Assembly (NCBI GenBank): GCA_002269645.1
Contig: NIVC01002563.1
Span: forward strand, 1-64,000
Source of the DNA: Macrostomum lignano
Taxonomy: Eukaryota
Length of the DNA stretch: 64,000 nucleotides
Direction: 5' to 3'
In this document: positions 11,251-23,700 of the stretch, piece after piece
Position numbering within the stretch: the first letter of the stretch is position 1
Layout: each line of letters opens with the position of its first letter
Made by a program: the position numbers and the translations under genes
The notes under the pieces: generated by a model
Database searches by the model: none
The model's input: the letters and a program-made list of their open reading frames with translations, nothing else
Told to the model about the DNA's origin: nothing

Positions 11251-14200
11251 CGCCTGTCCGACTTGCCTCCGTCCGAGTCTCGGTAGCCCCCACCTCATCC
11301 TGCTCCCACACTCGATCCAGAGTGTCGAGCCCGCAAGTTCCGGGTGATCTCAACTGATGAAGTTCCATTGGCAGCTGGGCACTTATTGGCCTAGCCGTTG
11401 CCATGGGGACACACTTGAGTCCGGCTGATCGATGGCGAAAGGCAGATCCTTTTCGCCGCAAGTAGAGGCACTGCATGCAAGGGAAAGAGTTGTACAGCAC
11501 TGCAGTGCCAACCAGAATTACAAAATGACATTCTTAATAATTATGAATTATTGTTTAATTTACTCGCATACCGTACTATCCTTCACGCAAAAGCAGAAAT
11601 CGACAAAAATGTGAATGGACGCGACAAGGAATCCTCAGAAGACACGTTAGAAACAATACATGGATGTAATCATCTTCTCTTTCGCAAAAGGGGTAATGAA
11701 GGGAGAGATACGAAGACAGATACTCATAGAGAGGGAGCGATAGAAAGGAGAAATAGAGGGGAGAGATAGAGAGCGAGAGATAGAGAGGGAGAGATAGAGA
11801 GGAGAGATAGAAAGGAGAGATAGAGGGGAGAGATAGAGAGGAGAGATAGAGAGGGAGCGATAGAAAGGAGAGATGGAGGGGAGAGAAAGAGAGGGAGAGA
11901 TAGAGAGGAGAGATAGAGAGGGAGAGATAGAGAGAGACAGAGAGAGAGTGGGAGAGATAGAAGGAGAGATAGAGAGAGGAGAGCTGAAATCCCGCGAGGC
12001 AAATGCGGATCCAGCACTCGGCACTGTTGTGTACGAAGCCGAGCGGCTCAATATTGCGCAAACATAAACTTTGCCCAGAGGGCTGTGCCGCGCTTTAGCC
12101 CACGCGTATATTTCTACCATAGATATAAGGTTATAAGGGTACTGAGCCCAATACCCAACATCTCCCCTTTTGATTCAAAACACAATGGGTCCTTCAGTCA
12201 TATGACTTCATTTGGGGGTTGACCTGAAGCCGAACAGGTTGTCGACGGTTTCGTACGGGCCACCTCGTTTGCGGCTCGGGTTCTCTGGGCTTGGCGTGCA
12301 ACGATGTCGCATCACGATGTCGTGCTTCAGCTGCCAGGACCGGTAGTCTTCTTCTGAGCAATCTCCGATTTCTTCTCAGCACTCTACCGCTTGCCAGTTT
12401 GACCAGGAAGTCGTTGTTTTTCATCGCTTCGACGATCACACCGTATCGGTCCCACTTCTTGGTCTGGATGTCTTGCACTGCAACTCTGTCTCGCACTTTC
12501 AGTCTTGGTAGTTGATGGGCTGCTTGGTTATAATAGGCTTCCACCCTCTCGCGCTTCTCAGCAGCTTTTCTGTCTATCTCTTCTGCCCTAGCCGTCCACT
12601 CCTCCGCAAAGGCTCTCCTGTGAGCGGGCAAGGTGTCGCGTACTGGGTGACCGAACACCAGCTGTGCTGGAGACCTGCCGTCATGCCGGGCTGTGTTGCA
12701 GTACATCAGCATTCCCTGACTCAGGTCGTCCCAGTTGGGCTCCCGTGCGTTGTGATCCCAGCTACCGCGCACCAACTTCTTCATTGCCTTCACAGCAGCC
12801 TCTGCACGACCATTGCTCTGCGCATACATGGGGGACGATCTCCTGGCTTCGACGTTCCATCGACTCAGGAATCCAAGAAATGCTCTTGCTGTAAACTGTG
12901 GTCCATTGTCAGACCATAACACTTCTGGGGCTCCCTTCTCACAGAATCGCTTCCTCAAGGCGTTGATGAGCTTGTGCGTCGTCGCGCTTGCCCCAAAGTG
13001 GTCCAAAGTCGGCCAGCCAGACTTTCCATCCACAATGACCAGGAATGTCTTCCCAGCGAACTGAAACAAGTCGACGTGGAGCTCCTGAAACACCCTATCC
13101 GGTTCCTGTCGAACAGACAGAGGTTCCTTCGACTGACTTGGTAAGTTATCCTGACATGCTTTGCATCTTCGCGACGCCATTTCAATGTCGTTGTCAATAC
13201 CTGGCCAGTAGAATGCCGTTCTGGCTCGCTGCTTCATCTTCACAATCCCTTGATGCATCTTGAGCATCTTGGTCAGCACCTCAGCTCGCATTTCTTTGGG
13301 GATTAGCAGCCGAGCTCCAACGACAATCATGTCGCGCTCCACGGCCAGCTTGTCACGGACACTCCAGAACGGGCGCACGGAGTTCGGCAGGTTTCCTTTC
13401 GCATTCGGAAAGCCTTGTTGAATTATTCTCTTCAGCGTCTGGTACTCCTCGTCGGTGCTCGCCCTTCGGATCAGTTCCGCCTCTGGTGTACGAATCTCGT
13501 CGATCGCCATGACAATATTGATCTCGTGTTCTTCTGCTATTTCGTCGTCCTTGCTTGCAGGCTCCACAGGCGCTCTTGACAGAGCATCTGCCTCTTTGTG
13601 GTCTGAGAAGCGCGAGAGGGTGGTACTTCTTTTTCTCATCCTCGTTGTCCAGACTGTTGAGTCCTGAGAGCTCCTCGAAGGCCTCCCACATTAGCTTCCA
13701 CTGTGGGTATAGCTCCTTCTGTGACTCGATGTCGAAGTGTGGCGCACTTCGGACGTCGATCTTGGGTGCCATCTTGCACTTTTGGGCTTTTCACTTGGCT
13801 GCTTGCGACGCCATGTTGTGTACGAAGCCGAGCGGCTCAATATCGCGCAAACATAAACTTTGCCCAGAGGGCTGTGCCGCGCTTTAGCCCACGCGTATAT
13901 TTCTACCATAGATATAAGGTTATAAGGGTACTGAGCCCAATACCCAACAGGCACAAGCCCAGTCCCAGTTTGGCGAAACACACAATCTCCTGGTCAATTT
14001 TCCGGAATGAATAGACCTAAGACCAACGGCACAGTTTGCAACGCAAAAAATGCATTGAATCGAAAGATTTTGAGCTTTTCAGCACTATAGAGAACGCGCT
14101 GGATTCAATCAGTCAGTGTGACTGTAGCAAAACCCCCGGCCATCTGGACCCGCCTCTCCCAATCTGTCCGATTACCGGCTGGGAATTCAATTTAGCCTTG

Positions 14201-15233
14201 GCCTGCGAGTATGCAGTTGAGTTCGCTGTGACCGAACTGGGCGCAAACAAAAAACCTGGTTCCGTACATGCGGCATACGCATTAGGGATTGAGTATTGAG
14301 GAGGGGGGCAGGGAGCCGCGGCAGAGGCTGACTAACAAAATGATGGATGAGAAATGCATTAGTTTGGCTGCAGCGGGCCGCCGTGTCCTGCCGTAGGCCT
14401 CTGCCGACGGGGATCTCGGGTCTTAGTAGGGCCGAGTTGTGACTCGCTAAGTCTGCCAGCTGAGACTGTTTACTGGGGCAAATTCTAGGAAAATTTACTT
14501 CTGAAAACCACTCTTAGACAGGAGTGTCTTCTGTTAGACAGGAGTGTCTTCTGTTAGACAGGAGTGTCTTCTGTTAGACAGGGGTGTCTTCTGTTAGACA
14601 GGAGTGTCTTCTGTTAGACAGGAGTGTCTTCTGTTAGACAGGGGTGTCTTTTGTTAGACAGGGGTGTCTTCTGTTAGACAGGAGTGTCTTCTGTTAGACA
14701 GGAGTGTCTTCTGTTAGACAGGAGTGTCTTCTGTTAGACAGGGGTGTCTTCTGTTAGACAGGAGTGTCTTCTGTTAGACAGGAGTGTCTTCTGTTAGACA
14801 GGGGTGTCTTCTGTTAGACAGGAGTGTCTTCTGTTAGACAGGAGTGTCTTCTGTTAGACAGGGGTGTCTTCTGTTAGACAGGGGTGTCTTCTGTTAGACA
14901 GGAGTGTCTTCTGTTAGACAAGAGTGTCTTCTGTTAGACAGCAAGGAGGGCAGGCAGGGAACTCACCCGGCAGACAACGCTGCAAACCAGTGAGGCGATC
15001 AGCAGCAGCAGGAAGGCCACGGAGATGGCCACAACAACAGGATTGATGGCCTCATTGATGAAGATGAGAATGAGCGGCGTCAGAATCAGCGCCAACACTT
15101 GGACAACAAAAATGACAACTGTGCGGCAGAGATTGCCGTCCAGGCAGCAGCCGGATCTCCTGTGTCGGCGGCCTGACGGCATCGAATTGCAGACAGTCGG
15201 TTGTGCAGGATGTCGCCCGAAGTCACTTCCTGA
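10277..15233 (-). CDS. Hypothetical multi-exon membrane protein; candidate exons 15233-14967, 10880-10714, 10412-10277, with an alternative last exon 11499-11383
   Basis: Exon 15233-14967 encodes two long hydrophobic segments and ends at a GTGAGT donor; downstream candidate exons have AG/GT ends and compatible phases; the product ends ...[10 protein letters not shown]. No family recognised. Confidence 0.35.
10450..10666. repeat. (TCTG)n microsatellite
   Basis: Seen directly. Confidence 0.97.
10902..11252. repeat. Five 17-bp units (TGTGTCTGTCACTAGCC) grading into (TCTG)n
   Basis: Seen directly. Confidence 0.95.
11700..11982. repeat. GA-rich low-complexity / degenerate tandem tract
   Basis: GAGAGATAGA-type motifs. 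Confidence 0.85.
12194..13639 (-). CDS. Retroviral-type integrase (481 aa): end of RNase H region (HKEADALSR), zinc-binding region, DDE core, C-terminal domain
   Basis: HQG...FYWPGID...CKAC; HVDLF, SDNGPQF and SNGRAE with exact D-35-E spacing; no stop or frameshift. Confidence 0.93.
   Translation of the reverse strand: MRKRSTTLSRFSDHKEADALSRAPVEPASKDDEIAEEHEINIVMAIDEIRTPEAELIRRASTDEEYQTLKRIIQQGFPNAKGNLPNSVRPFWSVRDKLAVERDMIVVGARLLIPKEMRAEVLTKMLKMHQGIVKMKQRARTAFYWPGIDNDIEMASRRCKACQDNLPSQSKEPLSVRQEPDRVFQELHVDLFQFAGKTFLVIVDGKSGWPTLDHFGASATTHKLINALRKRFCEKGAPEVLWSDNGPQFTARAFLGFLSRWNVEARRSSPMYAQSNGRAEAAVKAMKKLVRGSWDHNAREPNWDDLSQGMLMYCNTARHDGRSPAQLVFGHPVRDTLPAHRRAFAEEWTARAEEIDRKAAEKRERVEAYYNQAAHQLPRLKVRDRVAVQDIQTKKWDRYGVIVEAMKNNDFLVKLASGRVLRRNRRLLRRRLPVLAAEARHRDATSLHAKPREPEPQTRWPVRNRRQPVRLQVNPQMKSYD
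13600..13772 (-). pseudogene. 5' remnant of gag ([38 protein letters not shown]...), cut off by the internal deletion
   Basis: ATG ~40 nt after the 5' LTR, where gag normally starts; gag-like W..W..F..SGL pattern; continues out of frame into pol-derived sequence. Confidence 0.6.
14515..14940. repeat. 20-bp minisatellite (CTGTTAGACAGGAGTGTCTT)n, ~21 copies
   Basis: Seen directly; shares the CTGTTAGACAGG core with the 5735-7256 array. Confidence 0.97.
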
Positions 15234-15753
15234 CTAGTCTCCAGGAACCAGAAGTTTTATCCTGTGCCTTGCCGGGAACAAACTGACGCGGACAGCCAAT
15301 GAAGATCCCCTCTCCCCTTCCAGATCCGAATGACCCGTGCGAGCTTGCATTTTTTCCTCTCCGGAACGAAAGTACGAAATTCGCAATCCCCAAGAGCTAC
15401 GCCCGCTGGTCTCGCTTAGAAATCCCCTCACTCGACTATAATCCCGCTGCGCGAGGACGCCCTCACCTCTCATAAGCTTCGGTTTACCTCTTCCTGTCTT
15501 CAGATCTTCTTTGTTTAAATGAGGCAACAGGACTGAAAAATCTGCCGATAGACGCGTTGGCGAGAAAAGAAATATAGACAGACTGAGAAAGTGAGGCACA
15601 GAGAATGCAGAGGTTCAACGTTGTATGTTCTATTTTCGATCCACTGCAAACAGTTCTACCCTTCCTGCCTGCAACTTCGGACTGCCAAACTGCACCGTTT
15701 CTGTGACCCCCCCGTTCTTGGTTCGGATTCTGGCTTCATGGATTTAGGCCTGA

Positions 15754-17003
15754 CCTCTCCCGGCCTCTCCCGGCCTCTCCTGGCCTCTCCCACCCTCTCC
15801 CGCCCTCTCCCACTCTCTCCCGCCCTCTCCCACTCTCTCCCGCTCTCTCCCGCTCTCTCCCGCTCTCTCCCGCTCTCTCCCGCTCTCTCCCGCTCTCTCT
15901 TCTACTCTCTCCCACTCTCTCCCGCTCTCTCCCGCTCTCTCCCGCTCTCTCTTCTACTCTCTCCCACTCTCTCCCGCTCTCTCCCGCTCTCTCTCGCTCT
16001 CTCCCGTTCTCTCCCGCTCTCTCCCGCTCTCTCCTTCTCTCTCTCCCGCCCTCTCCCGCTCTCTCCCGCTCTCTCCCGCTCTCTCCAACTCTCTTCTGCT
16101 CTCTCCCGCTCTCTCCCGCTCTCTCCCACTCTCTCCCGCTCTCTCCAACTCTCTTCCGCTCTCTCCCGCTCTCTCCCGCTCTCTCCCGCTCTCTCCCGCT
16201 CTCTCCCGCTCTCTCCCGCTCTCTCCCACTCTCTCCCGCTCTCTCCCGCTCTCTCCCGCTCTCTCCCGCTCTCTCCCGCTCTCTCCCGCTCTCTCCCACT
16301 CTCTCCCGCTCTCTCCCGCTCTCTCCCGCTCTCTCCCGCTCTCTCCCGCTCTCTCCCACTCTCTCCCGCTCTCTCCAACTCTCTTCCGCTCTCTCCCGCT
16401 CTCTCCCGCTCTCTCCCGCTCTCTCCCGCTCTCTCCAACTCTCTTCCGCTCTCTCCCGCTCTCTCCCGCTCTCTCCCGCTCTCTCCCGCTCTCTCCCGCT
16501 CTCTCCCACTCTCTCCCGCTCTCTCCCGCTCTCTCCCGCTCTCCCACTCTCTCCCGCTCTCTCCCGCTCTCTCCAACTCTCTTCCGCTCTCTCCCGCTCT
16601 CTCCCGCTCTCTCCCGCTCTCTCCCGCTCTCTCCAACTCTCTTCCGCTCTCTCCCGCTCTCTCCCGCTCTCTCCCGCTCTCTCCCGCTCTCTCCCGCTCT
16701 CTCCCGCTCTCTCCAACTCTCTTCCGCTCTCTCCCGCTCTCTCCCGCTCTCTCCCGCTCTCTCCCGCTCTCTCCCGCTCTCTCCCGCCCTCTCCCGCTAT
16801 CTCCCTCTCTCTCTCTCCCGCTCTCTCCCGCTCTCTCCAACTCTCTCCCGCTCTCTCCCGCTCTCTCCCGCTCTCTCCCGCTCTCTCCCACTCTCTCCCG
16901 CTCTCTCCCGCTCTCTCCCACTCTCTCCCGCTCTCTCCCGCTCTCTCCCGCTCTCTCCCACTCTCTCCCGCTCTCTCCCGCTCTCTCCCGCTCTCTCCCG
17001 CCC
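15754..17003. repeat. 10-bp (CTCTCTCCCG)n array
   Basis: Seen directly; the long SRSLPL/ERAGES ORFs are by-products. Confidence 0.97.
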
Positions 17004-17780
17004 TTTCCCACTCTTGTAGAGATCTCCAAACATGGTAGCCTACTAAAAGTAGTAAGATAAAACTATGAATACAAATTTAAAAATAGCTGTGCGTCATACT
17101 CTTTTTTTTTAGTAATACCAGTAATATCACGCAAACAGCGAGTGTCTATGCTATTGTCCGAAAAACCGGTTCTCGACATCTATTTTTAGAACTTCCAAAT
17201 ATGGTAAATGTTAACCTGAATGTGACCCAAGTCTCACCCTTTTCTATTCAAAAAACCCCACCTGTCAAATAAAAAATTTCTTTCGTAAACTCATAAAAAA
17301 ACGGTTTTGAGCTCAAGGTCGACTCAAGGCCGACAAATTGTGTATAAATACAAACGAAAAATCCGAGCTGAAATCTCAGACTCGGAGCAGCCTCAAAACA
17401 TCTTGAGCTTACTGCAGAAGCTACTCGAGGCTACATCTCTGAGGGAGAAGTAAACCAATTGGTGAGCCTTTGTTCGAGCCTTTGTTATTTGGATTACTGA
17501 GAGCGATTTTATTTCCGGCCGTTACTGATCAGTTGATTTAACTGAGTTCATTGAATTTGAGGCCTCCCATTTTCCTAAGGGATTGGATAGGATCTGCGGA
17601 CCGATTCCGATACCCTTAGAGGATTATTGATTTCATTGATTTTGTTACCCTAGAGTAACTGATAGGAGCACATGACTCCGATTCCATTATTTCTAGAAGA
17701 AGACGCTCTTTCTGGAGGACCTCGTCATTGTTATAGAAGTTGATTTTGTTATTAGGGCGCATCGTTGATATTGAGTTCTG

Positions 17781-20700
17781 CACTCGAGGAATTACATTGA
17801 TTTTTACACTCGAGGAATTATATTGATTTTTACACTCGAGAAATTATATTGATTTTTACACTCGAGGAATTACATTGATTTTGGCACTCGAGGAATTATA
17901 TTGATTTTGGCACCCGAGGAATTATATTGATTTTTACACTCCAGGAATTACATTGATTTTGGCATTCGAGGAATTACATTGACTTTTACACTCGAGGAAT
18001 TATATTGATTTTTACACTCGAGGAATTACATTGATTTTGGCACTCGAGGAATTACATTGATTTTTACACTCAAGGAATTATATTGATTTTGGCACTCAAG
18101 GAATTATATTGATTTTTACACTCGAGGAATTACATTGATTTTGGCACTCGAGGAATTACATTGATTTTGGCACTCGAGGAATTATATTGATTTTTACACT
18201 CGAGGAATTACATTGATTTGGCACTCGAGGAATTATTTTTGATTTTTACACTCGAGGAATTATATTGATTTTCACACTCGAGGAATTATATTGATTTTGG
18301 CACTCGAGGAATTATATTGATTTTTACACTCGAGGAATTATATTGATTTTGGCATTCGAGGAATTATTTGATTTTGGCACTCGAGGAATTACATTGATTT
18401 TGGCATTCGAGGAATTACATTGATTTTTACACTCGAGGAATTATATTGATTTTGGCATTCGAGGAATTATATTGATTTTGGCACTCGAGGAATTATATTG
18501 ATTTTTACACTCGAGGAAGTATATTGATTTTGGCACTCGAGGAATTATATTGATTTTTACACTCGAGGAATTATATTGATTTTGGCATTCGAGGAATTAT
18601 ATTGATTTTGGCACTCGAGGAATTATATTGATTTTTACACTCGAGGAATTATATTGATTTTGGCATTCGAGGAATTATATTGATTTTGGCACTCGAGGAA
18701 TTATATTGATTTTTACACTCGAGGAATTATATTGATTTTGGCACTCGAGGAATTATATTGATTTTGGCACTCGAGGAATTATATTGATTTTTACACTCGA
18801 GGAATTATATTGATTTTGGCACTCGAGGAATTATATTGATTTTTACACTCGAGGAATTACATTGATTTTGGCACTCGAGGAATTACATTGATTTTGGCAC
18901 TCGAGGAATTATATTGATTTTTACACTCGAGGAATTATATTGATTTTTACACTCGAGGAATTATATTGATTTTTACACTCGAGGAATTATATTGATTTTG
19001 GCACTTGAGGAATTACATTGATTTTGGCATTCGAGGAATTATATTGATTTTTACACTCGAGGAATTATATTGATTTTGGCATTCGAGGAATTATATTGAT
19101 TTTGGCATTCGAGGAATTATATTGATTTTGGCACTCGAGGAATTACATTGATTTTGGCATTCGAGGAATTATATTGATTTTGGCATTCGAGGAATTACAT
19201 TGATTTTTACACTCGAGGAATTATATTGATTTTGGCACTCGAGGAATTATATTGATTTTTACACTCGAGGAATTACATTGATTTTTACACTCGAGGAATT
19301 ATATTGATTTTTACACTCGAGGAATTACATTGATTTTGGCACTCGAGGAATTATATTGATTTTTACACTCGAGGAATTATATTGAATTTGGCACTCGAGG
19401 AATTATATTGATTTTTACACTCGAGGAATTATATTGATTTTGGCACTCGAGGAATTATATTGATTTTGGCACTCGAAGAATTATATTGATTTTTACACTC
19501 GAGGAATTATATTGATTTTGGCATTCGAGGAATTATTTTGATTTTGGCACTCGAAGAATTACATTGATTTTGGCATTCGAGGAATTACATTGATTTTTAC
19601 ACTCGAGGAATTATATTGATTTTGGCATTCGAGGAATTATATTGATTTTGGCACTCGAGGAATTATATTGATTTTGGCATTCGAGGAATTATATTGATTT
19701 TGGCACTCGAGGAATTACATTGATTTTGGCATTCGAGGAATTATATTGATTTTGGCATTCGAGGAATTACATTGATTTTGGCATTCGAAGAATTATATTG
19801 ATTTTTGCACTCGAGGAATTACGTTGATTTTGGCACTCGAGGAATTATATTGATTATTACACTCGAGGAATTATATTGATTTTTACACTCGAGGAATTAT
19901 ATTGATTTTGGCACTCGAGGAATTATATTGATTTTGGCACTCGAGGAATTATATTGATTTTTACACTCGAGGAATTATATTGATTTTGGCACTCGAGGAA
20001 TTATATTGATTTTTACACTCGAGGAATTATATTGATTTTGGCACTCGAGGAATTACATTGATTTTGGCACTCGAGGAATTATATTGATTTTTACACTCGA
20101 GGAATTATATTGATTTTTGCACTCGAGGAATTATATTGATTTTGGCATTCGAGGAATTATATTGATTTTGGCATTCGAGGAATTATATTGATTTTGGCAC
20201 TCGAGGAATTATATTGATTTTGGCACTCGAGGAATTATATTGATTTTTACACTCGAGGAATTATATTGATTTTTACACTCGAGGAATTATATTGATTTTT
20301 ACATTCGAGGAATTATATTGATTTTGGCATTCGAGGAATTATATTGATTTTGGCATTCGAGGAATTATATTGATTTTGGCACTCGAGGAATTATATTGAT
20401 TTTTACACTCGAGGAATTACATTGATTTTGGCACTCGAGGAATTATTTTGATTTTGGCATTCAAGGAATTACATTGATTTTTACACTCGAGGAATTATTT
20501 TGATTTTTACACTCGAGGAATTATATTGATTTTTACACTCGAGGAATTATATTGATTTTTACACTCGAGGAATTATATTGATTTTTACACTCGAGGAATT
20601 ATATTGATTTTGGCACTCGAGGAATTATATTGATTTTTACACTCGAGGAATTATATTGATTTTGGCACTCGAGGAATTATATTGATTTTTGCACTCGAGG

Positions 20701-23700
20701 AATTATATTGATTTTTACACTCGAGGAATTATATTGATTTTGGCATTCGAGGAATTATATTGATTTTGGCACTCGAGGAATTATATTGATTTTTGCATTC
20801 GAGGAATTATATTGATTTTGGCATTCGAGGAATTATATTGATTTTGGCATTCGAGGAATTATATTGATTTTGGCACTCGAGGAATTATATTGATTTTTAC
20901 ACTCGAGGAATTATATTGATTTTGGCACTCGAGGAATTACATTGATTTTGGCACTCGAGGAATTATATTGATTTTGGCACTCGAGGAATTATATTGATTT
21001 TTACACTCGAGGAATTATATTGATTTTGGCACTCGAGGAATTATATTGATTTTTACACTCGAGGAATTATATTGATTTTGGCACTCGAGGAATTATATTG
21101 ATTTTGGCACTCGAGGAATTATATTGATTTTTACACTCGAGGAATTATATTGATTTTTACACTCGAGGAATTATATTGATTTTTACACTCGAGGAATTAC
21201 ATTGATTTTGGCACTCGAGGAATTATATTGATTTTTACACTCGAGGAATTATATTGATTTTTACACTCGAGGAATTATATTGATTTTGGCACTCGAGGAA
21301 TTATATTGATTTTTGCACTCGAGGAATTATTGATTTTGGCACTCGAGGAATTATATTGATTATTACACTCGAGGAATTACATTGATTTTGGCACTCGAGG
21401 AATTATATTGATTTTGGCACTCGAGGAATTACATTGATTTTGGCACTCGAGGAATTACATTGATTTTGGCACTCAAGGAATTACATTGATTTTTACACTC
21501 GAGGAATTATATTGATTTTGGCACTCGAGGAATTATATTGATTTTTACACTCGAGGAATTACATTGATTTTGGCACTCGAGGAATTATATTGATTTTGGC
21601 ACTCGAGGAATTATATTGATTTTGGCACTCGAGGAATTATATTGATTTTGGCACTCGAGGAATTATATTGATTTTGGCATTCGAGGAATTATATTGATTT
21701 TGGCACTCGAGGAATTATATTGATTTTGGCATTCGAGGAATTATATTGATTTTGGCACTCGAGGAATTATATTGATTTTCACACTCGAGGAATTATATTG
21801 ATTTTGGCACTCGAGGAATTATATTGATTTTTACACTCGAGGAATTATATTGATTTTGGCACTCGAGGAATTATATTGATTTTTACACTCGAGGAATTAT
21901 ATTGATTTTGGCACTCGAGGAATTATATTGATTTTTACACTCGAGGAATTATATTGATTTTTACACTCGAGGAATTATATTGATTTTTACACTCGAGGAA
22001 TTATATTGATTTTTACACTCGAGGAATTATATTGATTTTTACACTCGAGGAATTATATTGATTTTTACACTCGAGGAATTATATTGATTTTGGCACTCGA
22101 GGAATTATATTGATTTTTACACTCGAGGAATTATTGATTTTGGCACTCGAGGAGTTATATTGATTATTACACTCGAGGAATTACATTGATTTTGGCACTC
22201 GAGGAATTATATTGATTTTGGCACTCGAGGAATTACATTGATTTTGGCACTCGAGGAATTACATTGATTTTGGCACTCAAGGAATTACATTGATTTTTAC
22301 ACTCGAGGAATTATATTGATTTTGGCACTCGAGGAATTATATTGATTTTTACACTCGAGGAATTACATTGATTTTGGCACTCGAGGAATTATATTGATTT
22401 TGGCACTCGAGGAATTACATTGATTTTTACACTCGAGGAATTATTTTGATTTTTACACTCGAGGAATTATATTGATTTTTACACTCGAGGAATTATATTG
22501 ATTTTTACACTCGAGGAATTATATTGATTTTTACACTCGAGGAATTACATTGATTTTGGCACTCGAGGAATTATATTGATTTTTACACTCGAGGAATTAT
22601 ATTGATTTTGGCACTCGAGGAATTATATTGATTTTGGCATTCGAGGAATTATATTGATTTTTACACTCGAGGAATTATATTGATTTTGGCATTCGAGGAA
22701 TTATATTGATTTTGGCACTCGAGGAATTATATTGATTTTGGCATTCGAGGAATTATATTGATTTTGGCACTCGAGGAATTATATTGATTTTGGCATTCGA
22801 GGAATTATATTGATTTTGGCACTCGAGGAATTATATTGATTTTTACACTCGAGGAATTATATTGATTTTGGCACTCGAGGAATTATATTGATTTTGGCAC
22901 TCGAGGAATTATATTGATTTTGGCACTCGAGGAATTATATTGATTTTGGCACTCGAGGAATTATATTGATTTTGGCACTCGAGGAATTATATTGATTTTT
23001 ACACTCGAGGAATTATATTGATTTTGGCACTCGAGGAATTATATTGATTTTTGCATTCGAGGAATTATATTGATTTTGGCACTCGAGGAATTATATTGAT
23101 TTTGGCATTCGAGGAATTATATTGATTTTGGCACTCGAGGAATTATATTGATTTTTACACTCGAGGAATTACATTGATTTTGGCACTCGAGGAATTACAT
23201 TGATTTTGGCACTCGAGGAATTATATTGATTTTGGCACTCGAGGAATTATATTGATTTTTACACTCGAGGAATTATATTGATTTTGGCACTCGAGGAATT
23301 ATATTGATTTTTACACTCGAGGAATTATATTGATTTTGGCATTCGAGGAATTATATTGATTTTGGCACTCGAGGAATTATATTGATTTTTACACTCGAGG
23401 AATTCCATTGACTTTTACACTCGAGGAATTATATTGATTTTTACACTCGAGGAATTATATTGATTTTGGCACTCGAGGAATTATATTGATTTTTACACTC
23501 GAGGAATTATATTGATTTTTACACTCGAGGAATTATATTGATTTTGGCACTCGAGGAATTATATTGATTTTGCACTCGAGGAATTATTGATTTTGGCACT
23601 CGAGGAATTATATTGATTTTACACTCGAGGAATTACATTGATTTTGGCACTCGAGGAATTATATTGATTTTGGCACTCGAGGAATTACATTGATTTTGGC

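Larger units (their letters stand above)
12025..13949 (-). mobile_element. Internally deleted Ty3/Gypsy (Mag-like) LTR retrotransposon, 1925 bp
   Basis: 136-bp LTRs at 12025-12160 and 13814-13949 (TGTTG...CAACA, 1 mismatch); 5-bp TSD GGCAC; PBS TGGCGTCGCAAGCAG abutting the 5' LTR; PPT AAAAGGGGAGA abutting the 3' LTR; integrase ORF inside. Confidence 0.96.

Noticed and set aside
14036-14299. 87-aa ORF next to the LTR element; also the ORFs at 41309-41509 and 47373-47696
   Set aside because: No recognisable domain or convincing splice or start context, so not supportable as genes without expression data.
15591-17060. Long ORFs (489, 375, 326 aa) over CTCTCTCCCG, and similar ORFs over ATCT (30908-32852), TCTG, the 30-mer, 12-mer and 27-mer arrays
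   Set aside because: These are stop-free only because the repeat units lack stop codons; they are open in several frames and on both strands, and some lie inside clear introns.
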